Assembly (NCBI GenBank): GCA_949290785.1 | Contig: CASETE010000004.1 | Location: forward strand, 12,794 to 76,793 | DNA length: 64,000 nucleotides | Reading direction: 5' to 3' | Source: an uncultured Pseudomonadota bacterium | Lineage (GTDB): Bacteria > Pseudomonadota > Alphaproteobacteria > Rs-D84 | In this document: positions 27,283-35,796 of the stretch, one piece after another | How the letters are laid out: the number at the start of each line of letters is the position of its first letter | Position numbering within the stretch: the first letter of the stretch is position 1 | Program-made: the position numbers and the translations under genes | Notes under the pieces: generated by a model | Seen by the model: only the letters and a program-made list of their open reading frames with translations | Database searches by the model: none | What the model was told of the DNA's origin: nothing

Positions 27283-28149
27283 ATGGTAAAAAAAATCGTA
27301 TTTTTAATATCCAGCATATGCTTATGCCCTGGTTTATCGCTTGCCGCGACTTGTTCGCAAGCAAATTTAACGCGTTGCCTTGATTCTGTATGTGCGATAA
27401 ACATATCATCTAATCCTGCGGCTCGTTGCCAATATTGTGGTACGTCCAGTGCCGGCAGTCCAGACACAAAGAACGCTATGCGCAGTTTATCGCTTGGGCA
27501 ATCTGCGAAATATACGCTTAGTGAAAAAGAATTGAAAAATGCCCCCACCGACCCGGGTAAACGTTATATATGGGCAACAGAACAATGTATAAAAAAGATA
27601 GAAGGTTGTACAACCGAAGACGTATCCGACACATATGATAAATTAATAGAACAATCTTGCAAAGCAGCCGGCATAAACGCCCAAATGGCTTCATTACGTG
27701 CCGACGCGAACAAGACGGTCAGCAAAACAACCTGCTCTACGGATATAACGGCGTGCATGGTTGACAGCAAACGTTGCGGGCCCGACTATCGTTCTTGTGA
27801 AAGCGATTCGGAATTTAATAATTTCTTTGCTTATTGTTCTGTAGAGGCCAAGGGTTGCGACGAATACATATCAGATATTCGTTCCGATTTAATGTCTCTT
27901 CGGGACAACACCATCAAAAACGCGGACCTGGCCATAGACAACATTGTGTCTGCATATCAAAATGCACGTACTAAAAAAGTATCAGACGCAAAAAGTGCCT
28001 GTGCCAACAATACCGGACGTGACAGCTGCATTAAGATAGTATGCGAACGCAACATGCCAAACAAATGTGGCGAAGGTTATGAATCAGAAAAAAGCGCAGC
28101 AACACAATTCTGTAAATTTTATGAATTGGCTTGTGATACATTAAAATAA
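27283..28149 (+). CDS. Secreted cysteine-rich protein (288 aa), short family member, first gene of a 3-gene operon
   Basis: Signal peptide MVKKIVFLISSICLCPGLSLA, then CSQANLTRCLDSVCAINISSNPAARCQYCG and many further Cys pairs. Confidence 0.8.
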   Translation: MVKKIVFLISSICLCPGLSLAATCSQANLTRCLDSVCAINISSNPAARCQYCGTSSAGSPDTKNAMRSLSLGQSAKYTLSEKELKNAPTDPGKRYIWATEQCIKKIEGCTTEDVSDTYDKLIEQSCKAAGINAQMASLRADANKTVSKTTCSTDITACMVDSKRCGPDYRSCESDSEFNNFFAYCSVEAKGCDEYISDIRSDLMSLRDNTIKNADLAIDNIVSAYQNARTKKVSDAKSACANNTGRDSCIKIVCERNMPNKCGEGYESEKSAATQFCKFYELACDTLK

Positions 28150-28156
28150 ATAAGAT

Positions 28157-29734
28157 ATGACGACGATACGAAGAAAAATTTTTAACGACAAAAAAACAAT
28201 CGCTTGGTATAAGTCAGGCGGCGTAGTATGTATGGCGGTTATATGCTTATACAGCATGTATGCTAGCGGTGCCTCGGTTGTTCAGCGCGAAGTTGCGGCC
28301 AGACCAACCGTGGCATCCAACCGCCCAAGCACTTCTGCACGCATGCCCACGATGGCGACACAGATATCAGACACAGGAACAGGAACCGAAACAGTAACGA
28401 ACACAAACGATGAAGCAAATTCAGAAACCGTTGATACATCTGACGCGACAGAAGAAGAAATAGTTATAGAAAACAAATCGTCGCAATTTTCTGACGTTCT
28501 TGGCAACGCCAGCGTATCCAGCCAATCTGATACAAGCGACACCGAATTAGCGGAAATGATTCGTCGTCAACGGGCGGCCTTGGACGCAGAATCCGCGGTT
28601 AGCACGGTAACGCAATCAACGCAGGCGTCACTATCTACTGGTCAAAACGCATGCGACGTTGCATTACGTAAATGTATGCAGGGCAAATGCGGTAACGACT
28701 TTTCAAAGTGCAGTGGCGACACGGACACCGCATGGGGCAACAAAATGGATTCTTGCCGTCTTGACACAGAATGCACGGGTACAGAGTACAGCAAATTTGC
28801 ACCGGAAATAAAAGCGGACCGTGACACAAACGCCCAACTGGCACTATATAACTCTATACTTGATTGTGGTAACAGATACAACGATTGCATTGTCACCCAA
28901 TGTGGCACGACATTCAGCAAGTGCCTTGGTAAATCGGCTGGCGACGCTGCAATATCTGCATGTTCAACGATTGCGACTGAATGCAAATCCCAAGACAGTG
29001 GTTTGGCAAGTCGTGCAATGAGTTTATTTGCGACATTACGCGTAGACGCCGAAGAACAAGTAAAACGCGACGAAGAACGTTTATATGCATTGCGCGACAA
29101 GATGGCAGAACAATGCAACATGTTGGGCGCAATGTTTGACGAACGCACGTTTGATTGCGTTTACACGGTTGAATTTTATGCGGGCGACAACAATACTCTG
29201 TTTGCATCAAAGAAGGCATATGCAGGTTCTTCGTTTGACTGCACGCCGAATTGGTTTGGCATAGACATAACGATGTTTAAAGAAAACGCCTATCGTACTA
29301 CGCGCGCGCAGCAATCTGCGACATCTGCCTTGTTAGGTTCTGGTCTTGGTGTTGCGGCGGGTGCAGTAACGTCTGGTGCGATAGATCGTGCGATTGACAG
29401 ACAAAAGGCTGAAAACGCCCTTGACAAAGCAAAAGAAGAATACGAAGAAAATTATGGTGACGGGTCTAAGTCCACAACCACACAGACAACGGTAACGACG
29501 ACTGGCAATCCACAGACAAACCCAACAAAATCAGACACAACAACAAAGGACGAAGACAGAATAACGGCACAAATAGGAAAAACCAAGGTAACAATAAAAA
29601 CGAACACAGAAGCGTTCAATCAAGTAACCGGTACCCAAAATTTCACTGAGAGAGCGGTGAACAATCTTAATAACAACAATTCAAATGGTTTTGCCAGCAA
29701 ATTATCACAAAATCTTGATAAAAACACAAAATGA
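28157..29734 (+). CDS. Secreted/anchored cysteine-rich protein (525 aa) with ARMPTMAT motif and glycine-zipper segment
   Basis: It starts 7 nt after the previous stop. Features are an N-terminal hydrophobic segment, SARMPTMATQI, ACDVALRKCMQGKCGNDFSKC, ALLGSGLGVAAGAVTSGAI, and a T-rich tail. Confidence 0.8.
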   Translation: MTTIRRKIFNDKKTIAWYKSGGVVCMAVICLYSMYASGASVVQREVAARPTVASNRPSTSARMPTMATQISDTGTGTETVTNTNDEANSETVDTSDATEEEIVIENKSSQFSDVLGNASVSSQSDTSDTELAEMIRRQRAALDAESAVSTVTQSTQASLSTGQNACDVALRKCMQGKCGNDFSKCSGDTDTAWGNKMDSCRLDTECTGTEYSKFAPEIKADRDTNAQLALYNSILDCGNRYNDCIVTQCGTTFSKCLGKSAGDAAISACSTIATECKSQDSGLASRAMSLFATLRVDAEEQVKRDEERLYALRDKMAEQCNMLGAMFDERTFDCVYTVEFYAGDNNTLFASKKAYAGSSFDCTPNWFGIDITMFKENAYRTTRAQQSATSALLGSGLGVAAGAVTSGAIDRAIDRQKAENALDKAKEEYEENYGDGSKSTTTQTTVTTTGNPQTNPTKSDTTTKDEDRITAQIGKTKVTIKTNTEAFNQVTGTQNFTERAVNNLNNNNSNGFASKLSQNLDKNTK

Positions 29735-31875
29735 AAAAGATATTAAATATAATTTTTGCGCTATGTATATCGTTCCCCGCCTTCGCGGATTCTCTAAATG
29801 ATGCCGATCAAATGATTACCATTTCCGGGACAGTAACAGATGAACAACAGAAACCTGCTGAATATGTAAACATAGTCGCTCTTAATGCACAAAAAACAGC
29901 AATTCAACAAGGGGTCAGTACTTTGGGTACCAGTACAGATGCTAGCGGACATTTTACATTAGCACTTACACCAGATGCAAAATATTTACAAATTTCTTAT
30001 ATTGGGTATACAACGCAAACGATACCAATTGATGTTAGCAACACAACAAACTATAATATACGACTTAGTCCCAACGAAACAACACTAAATACTGGCATTA
30101 CCATAAATGCAACAAATGATTGTACAGAGGAAGAACTACAAAAACAAGATCCAAAGGCAAAAACTGGAAAATTAAAAACTGAAAATAATATAATTTATTG
30201 TTATATAGATACATGTATTGATAATTTTATTCCAAATGACGACCATACTAAATGTGTCGCAAGTACCCGCAAATGCACAACAGATGAACTGCAAAACATT
30301 CCTCATGCAACTGAAGGCGAAGTAACTGGTGATGGTGCCTGTCATGCAACAAAGTGTGAATATGGATATAATCCCCAAGATGGTGTGTGTGTCGGCACAT
30401 CCGGAGATTGTAATCCAATGCCACAAAACGCCACAAAAGCACATTCAGAATATAATGCAACAACTGACAGCCACACTTGCATTGTTGATGAATGCGAAGA
30501 AGGCTTTACAAGAACGCCTGACAAACTGGCATGCGCAAAAAAAACTCTATCCAAAGAAGACGCAGAAAAGCAAATTGCTGAACTGCAGCAAAACGCCGAC
30601 GCCATGAAAGAAAAAGAACAATCCACAGCAAACAAATTATTAGGGGCCGCGTCTATAGGTGCAATGGGCATCGGCGGAATGCAGGCTTTATCCGCACTAT
30701 CGGAACAAAGCGCAGACGCCGCCGCAGAACAAGATATGACCGCATACTTGGCAACTTTCCGTTGCGATTACGGTCAAGGACAAGATATTCATGGTGGCGA
30801 TACCGACATAATACTGCCCGGCGGTAACGAATTAATATCTTTGTATACTGAATACATTCAACTTGCCTCGGACTTGAAAACAAGAAAAGAATCATTGGGC
30901 ATGTCACCCGGCATAGAATCAGAAATGCTGTTGGATAAAGCAGACACAGGTTTATATGACGACGTAGGAACTGGTATAACCACAGGTACGTTTGCGTCTT
31001 TGGCGCGTGCATTATCTGACCCGAACAGTGCCGATGCTGCTTTATGGGCGCAACAACAGGCAGACACAGCCAGCAAGTTAAAAACCGGTTTAATTACCGC
31101 AGGTGCCGGCGCGGTCATAGGCGTTGCGGGAAATATTGCGATAAATAAAAACGCACCAAAAGAAAACTCGGAACAAATACTTGCCAGTTACGAGTCATTA
31201 AAGAAACTGGAATATGAAATCAGCCAACTGCCAGACCAAACGGCAGGCGCAACCTGCCCAGCAGGCACAACGGGGACTGTTCCAAATTGCAAACCCACAA
31301 ACACGAGAATTGAGTATAATTCAAACACCAATCAAACAGAAGTAGCATCGAACAACGATGACACACCATCACAAAATAATGAAGCAAACCCAACTGAACT
31401 AGAAAAGATAACCACTCTTACAAGCGTAGATAGTATCATATCAGCCATTGCAAATACTGACGCAGAAAATAAAAACGATGAAAATATCGTTTCTTTATCA
31501 GCACGCAATTTGTTTAAGTTAAACGAATATACGTTAGTACCGACATCAAAAACAATAATTGCAACATTCGCAACTCGAATATTAAGCACCAATAAGGACA
31601 ACCCAACATATTGTCTGATTGTTACTGGCAATACTGATAAAACAGGAAACGACCGTATAAATCAGCCATTATCAGAAAAACGTGCAAAAGCCGTTACATC
31701 CCAACTTAGCTTATTCGGAATTCCAGAAGCCAACATACTATCCAAGGGGGCAGGCTCGCAAAACTGTACAGATGCTTTTCGTAAGGAAAAAAATTGCAAC
31801 GGCAATAATTGCGAAGCGTGCAGAAATGTAACAATAGAATACAGACCTTCACCATGTACGCCTTGGACGTTTTAA
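29731..31875 (+). CDS. Multidomain envelope protein: carboxypeptidase-regulatory-like N-domain, three Cys-repeat modules, glycine-zipper segments, C-terminal OmpA-like peptidoglycan-binding domain
   Basis: ATGA start/stop overlap with the upstream gene. ISGTVTDEQQKPAEYVNIVAL...GHFTLAL...ISYIGYTTQTIPI is CarboxypepD_reg-like. The C-terminus F..NEYTL...LIVTGNTDKTGNDRINQPLSEKRAKAVTSQL is the OmpA/MotB C-terminal signature. Confidence 0.8.
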   Translation: MKKILNIIFALCISFPAFADSLNDADQMITISGTVTDEQQKPAEYVNIVALNAQKTAIQQGVSTLGTSTDASGHFTLALTPDAKYLQISYIGYTTQTIPIDVSNTTNYNIRLSPNETTLNTGITINATNDCTEEELQKQDPKAKTGKLKTENNIIYCYIDTCIDNFIPNDDHTKCVASTRKCTTDELQNIPHATEGEVTGDGACHATKCEYGYNPQDGVCVGTSGDCNPMPQNATKAHSEYNATTDSHTCIVDECEEGFTRTPDKLACAKKTLSKEDAEKQIAELQQNADAMKEKEQSTANKLLGAASIGAMGIGGMQALSALSEQSADAAAEQDMTAYLATFRCDYGQGQDIHGGDTDIILPGGNELISLYTEYIQLASDLKTRKESLGMSPGIESEMLLDKADTGLYDDVGTGITTGTFASLARALSDPNSADAALWAQQQADTASKLKTGLITAGAGAVIGVAGNIAINKNAPKENSEQILASYESLKKLEYEISQLPDQTAGATCPAGTTGTVPNCKPTNTRIEYNSNTNQTEVASNNDDTPSQNNEANPTELEKITTLTSVDSIISAIANTDAENKNDENIVSLSARNLFKLNEYTLVPTSKTIIATFATRILSTNKDNPTYCLIVTGNTDKTGNDRINQPLSEKRAKAVTSQLSLFGIPEANILSKGAGSQNCTDAFRKEKNCNGNNCEACRNVTIEYRPSPCTPWTF

Positions 31876-31951
31876 ATACAATAAAATAACGAACACATAT
31901 GCCTAGAAAGATTTCCCAATCAGGCTGTCAAATATATTAAAAATATATCAA

Positions 31952-32103
31952 TTTATATTGGCAAATGCGCCTGTGATATCACCGCTACATCAGGTAGATT
32001 CGGCGACTATTGAAGATGTGTTGAATTTTGGCAGCGCGAATAATGCTATGCAAACAGGATTCGCATCGCTTGTAAACGATTATTATAACCAAAATACAAC
32101 AGA
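31952..32103 (+). pseudogene. Orphan 152-bp fragment copied from the interior of the subtilase-like autotransporter gene (source 24570..24721, opposite strand)
   Basis: Hand alignment gives 4 mismatches over about 151 nt. The fragment encodes ILANAPVISPLHQVDSATIEDVLNFGSANNAMQTGFASLVNDYYNQNTTEL and then stops. There is no in-frame ATG after the upstream TAG at 31904. Confidence 0.8.
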
Positions 32104-32440
32104 ATTATGACATATAACTGCAATCGTTTAGAATAACAGATTTTTCCGAACGCTTATATGATAATACTTTTTATTTAGCATGAACGCCAACCAGATGCAG
32201 TTCTATATAAAAACAATTACATATATGCCCAATTGTCGCAATTAGAATATACAAGTTACGTCCACCACGGACTTCACAACCATTTCATCATATGATATAA
32301 ATCAAAACATATAAATTTACACGTTTAACAACACCGAAATATACCCAGAGCCTTTATATTTACCCTGCCCTTTGATTTAATCATTTATGCACATTTAATA
32401 TCTTTGAATATTAAATCATTTTAGATTTATACATACAACA

Positions 32441-32466
32441 AACAAAAACCGCCCGTTTGGGCGGCT
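32441..32466 (-). terminator. Intrinsic terminator after 32487..34577
   Basis: On the minus strand, CCGCCC-AAAC-GGGCGG is followed by TTTTTGTTTG. Confidence 0.7.
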
Positions 32467-32486
32467 TGTATAAAAAGCCCACAGAT

Positions 32487-34577
32487 TTACTCGCATGCAC
32501 CGTATGATTTTGCCACCGGATAGTTTTCTGTGCATACACTGCCTGCTACTGCGCACGCCGAAGATACCAACGTAGACGTAACTGCACCGGCTGGCTTGTA
32601 ATTAATTTGTGCGCTTTTGCATTGATTCAAATCCGTCAAGGTACCGCAAGTACGACGCCAAGACTCGCAATCTGTTGCCGTTCCTGTTGGTAAAATGTTA
32701 TCTGGCAAACGCAAATTCCACTTTACATAAAAGTCTTTTAACGAACCTATGGAATAAGATTTACCCAATCCAACCTGTGCCAAACCGTCACCAACCCGAC
32801 AGTTAATATTACTGCGTTCTACAAAGGCGGTAATTGCGGTTGCCAATCCACCTGCCCCGGCACCGATACCTGCACCAATGGCGATACTTTGTGCCATATT
32901 AGACTTTTCACCGTTTTGGATTAAGTCTACCAGATTATCGGTATAAATCTCTGCCAAGGCCTTCATATCAGGTTCCAACTGTTCTGGTGTTTTGCATTTT
33001 TGCTCGTCACCTTCACAAAATATCCCAGTACCCGATTTACGTGCCTGATTTATCGCCTTGAATAAACAAGCGGAATCTTTTGCGAGCAACTTATTAACAT
33101 CATCAGAATTAAGCGCTGCCATCAGTTTTTTTTGTATATCGTCTTCCAAGTCTTCAACCTCAACATTTTCTAATTCTACATCCCCTTGTTGAGAAGCATT
33201 TTGCTTCACATTTTGGCAAACTTCTTCGTCTTCTTCTTCCTCACAAACTTCTACAACAGCGTTAAATTTATACACCAATGTTTCAGAGGTTACGCTTGTA
33301 CTACATCTGGCCAATTCTGCCTGTAACTGACTATAAGTATCATACAACGTAACTATTTCTTCGCATTGCGCCTGGGTTATAACTTTATCATTTGCCCCTA
33401 TTGGCGATGACATATATTGACTAATCCGACCAAAATTGCCGTTTGAACGCAATTCTGTCGTCATCATTTCACGATGCTTTTCATTACTACAATCCAACAA
33501 ACGTGAACCATGACCAACAGCCGCGCCGATACCACCACCAACCAAAGTACCACCACCAATTCCAACGACCGCAACCGTGGCAGTATCATTTAATAATGAA
33601 AACCCAAATAAATCTTTGTTACAGGTAAACGTATCACCCGCCAGTTTCCATACCTCTGCCGGTTCATCGTCACCCAAGGCACCAAACAACCAATTATTCG
33701 TAATATGTTCGTCCTTGTTATATGCGGCAACACGTATCCAGCATTCTGCAGTAACCGGATCCCAACGAGAATAATGCCCGCGTTGTCCGTCGACACCATT
33801 ACTGCTGTTTACATTAACGCCTTGGGGTTGCGTTTTAATCAGCGCATTACCGTTTTGGTTGTTATAAGCGCCGACAGAAACGTTGTATTCCGCCGTCACA
33901 GAACCAGAATTAGAAACCGCATTAAACGAAGAACCATAAGTATTTCTGTCTAACAACAAACAAGTATTTTCAGCCTGATTTGGCGTTAAGCCCGTTTTAC
34001 GCAATACGAAATTATAGTATTCCGGTTGAACGATACGCGCATTAAAATCTAACCATACATCAGCCGAACTTCTGTATATATTTCTGCAATCCCTGCGAAC
34101 TTCACTTATACATCTTTCAACCTGTACTGTACACAGCCCCATACCGTTAACAATGGAATTACGTAATTCTTCGCTGAACAAGTCGTTTAATCCGTTTGGC
34201 AAAGCCCCATTATTAACGCAAGCCAAAACATCGTTCATACAATTATCAACAGTATATTCAGAATTTCTTACGCCGCCATCTGGGCAATCTGTTTCTGGTT
34301 TTGGTTCTGGATCAATATCACCGCCACCGCCATTGCCGTCATCACCGCCATCACCGCTTGGTAAATTAGGGGACAAGTTCCCGGTTGCAGAACCCGGTAA
34401 CGTCGGCATAGTCGGCATACGTTGCGTTGACGTATTCTGCATTTCACCAGAACGATTCAAAGAACGTACATTATACGCAGCCCGCCCCGCAGAATCAGCC
34501 GCATAAACGGTACCAATAAACACAAACAATCCTAATCCTGCAACAGAAGCACTGACAACGTTACGCATATTTGGCAT
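32487..34577 (-). CDS. Secreted cysteine-rich protein (696 aa), divergent family member with two glycine-zipper segments
   Basis: Signal peptide, QRMPTMPT motif, a Gly/Asp-rich linker and many Cys. The glycine-zipper segments are VAVVGIGGGTLVGGGIGAAVGHG and IAIGAGIGAGAGGLATAITAFV. There is an acidic EEEEDEE block. Confidence 0.8.
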   Translation of the reverse strand: MPNMRNVVSASVAGLGLFVFIGTVYAADSAGRAAYNVRSLNRSGEMQNTSTQRMPTMPTLPGSATGNLSPNLPSGDGGDDGNGGGGDIDPEPKPETDCPDGGVRNSEYTVDNCMNDVLACVNNGALPNGLNDLFSEELRNSIVNGMGLCTVQVERCISEVRRDCRNIYRSSADVWLDFNARIVQPEYYNFVLRKTGLTPNQAENTCLLLDRNTYGSSFNAVSNSGSVTAEYNVSVGAYNNQNGNALIKTQPQGVNVNSSNGVDGQRGHYSRWDPVTAECWIRVAAYNKDEHITNNWLFGALGDDEPAEVWKLAGDTFTCNKDLFGFSLLNDTATVAVVGIGGGTLVGGGIGAAVGHGSRLLDCSNEKHREMMTTELRSNGNFGRISQYMSSPIGANDKVITQAQCEEIVTLYDTYSQLQAELARCSTSVTSETLVYKFNAVVEVCEEEEDEEVCQNVKQNASQQGDVELENVEVEDLEDDIQKKLMAALNSDDVNKLLAKDSACLFKAINQARKSGTGIFCEGDEQKCKTPEQLEPDMKALAEIYTDNLVDLIQNGEKSNMAQSIAIGAGIGAGAGGLATAITAFVERSNINCRVGDGLAQVGLGKSYSIGSLKDFYVKWNLRLPDNILPTGTATDCESWRRTCGTLTDLNQCKSAQINYKPAGAVTSTLVSSACAVAGSVCTENYPVAKSYGACE

Positions 34578-34677
34578 AAAAACTCCCCCTTGTTTATCTT
34601 TGTAATTATACCTTAAAAATACATTAAAAAAAAGCCTTTTTTGATGAATTTATAATTAAATATACGACACAAAAAAC

Positions 34678-34705
34678 TTGACAAAATATACTTATAGTCT
34701 ATCAT
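34678..34705 (+). promoter_or_regulatory. Sigma70 promoter TTGACA-16-TATCAT, -10 ends 7 nt before the start codon
   Basis: cttgacaaaatatacttatagtctatcatataaatcATG. Confidence 0.5.
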
Positions 34706-34712
34706 ATAAATC

Positions 34713-35750
34713 ATGAGCAAGATTTTTAACCTTATCGCCACGCATAAAAATGCTATCATATGGTCAGCATGCTATGGCGCTGTGATATGGGGAATATTGC
34801 TTTGGCTGTTTAATTTCGACATATTTTCATCAAACGCTTGGGCACAGTTGCCCCAGGCTAACCTAAATAACTTTCCGGGCTTTGTGTTTGTTATATTATT
34901 ACTCGCAGCAATACCTTTGTACATTGCAACAACGACGCTAATAATCAGAACCAAGAAGCCTTTATTTACAATACCGATACCAAAATTTCTGTATCCGGTA
35001 CCAGAAAAAGAAGAAAGTACCGAATCGAAAAAAGAAACCAAAGACAACCCCGAAACAAATCAACCAATCGCAGAGACATTACCTGCGGGCATTCCTGCCG
35101 AGTTACGTACGCCGTTTTTACGCGCCCGCGAACACATTCGCGCCGGCATAACACCCCAAGCGATTAATAAGTACAACGAAATCGCATCTGCAGCGAATAC
35201 GGCTGACTTATCCTCACCCGCGCAGACAACAAGCAACGACAAGCAACCCGACAACAGCACAATTACCGACACAGACAACCCGCTGCCCATTCCTGAGAAT
35301 TTTGACTTTGACGCCCCCGACATAGACGATTCGGAATACGCCGAAGAATCCATGCCGCATTTTTCGCCTGTATTTACAGACATAGACTTTGATGAAAAAG
35401 ACGGGGACAGGGACGATGACACGACGACAGAGTCCCAAGAAACAGTGATAAAATTCTTGCAATCGCGTAAAGAGAGTTTTGAGCAAAAACAAGACATAAT
35501 AATCAGCGACAATTTTGTCATAGGCATTCATTCAGACCCTGATTTTTGGATAGCAGACGAAGAATTATGGTTTGCGTCTGGCAAGCAGAAAGAATCCCCT
35601 ATAAAGAAGATACAAGAAATAGCATCATCCAAGCAAATACAAGGTGTATTATATCTTGCTGAAACGAACATAATGGACCTAGATACCAAGATATCAGAAT
35701 GGTCAGAATCAGGAATAAAAGTGATAACGTCTATATCTGAATTGGAATAA
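34713..35750 (+). CDS. Membrane protein with acidic disordered linker (hypothetical, 345 aa)
   Basis: It has two or three N-terminal hydrophobic helices, a D/E/T-rich middle region and a C-terminal globular part. No recognisable domain. Confidence 0.6.
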   Translation: MSKIFNLIATHKNAIIWSACYGAVIWGILLWLFNFDIFSSNAWAQLPQANLNNFPGFVFVILLLAAIPLYIATTTLIIRTKKPLFTIPIPKFLYPVPEKEESTESKKETKDNPETNQPIAETLPAGIPAELRTPFLRAREHIRAGITPQAINKYNEIASAANTADLSSPAQTTSNDKQPDNSTITDTDNPLPIPENFDFDAPDIDDSEYAEESMPHFSPVFTDIDFDEKDGDRDDDTTTESQETVIKFLQSRKESFEQKQDIIISDNFVIGIHSDPDFWIADEELWFASGKQKESPIKKIQEIASSKQIQGVLYLAETNIMDLDTKISEWSESGIKVITSISELE

Positions 35751-35763
35751 ATCAAACATAAAT

Positions 35764-35788
35764 AAACACCGCCGTTTCGGCGGTGTTT
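35764..35788. terminator. Bidirectional terminator
   Basis: aaacaccgccg-ttt-cggcggtgttt. Confidence 0.75.
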
Positions 35789-35796
35789 ATGTAGCT

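Noticed and set aside
32104-32486. Further decayed remnants of the subtilase-like gene following the 152-bp fragment (for example ...aaccagatgcagttctatat... against parent ...aacatgcaacttgattat...).
   Set aside because: The similarity is short and weak when aligned by eye and cannot be distinguished from chance in AT-rich DNA. It needs a proper local alignment.
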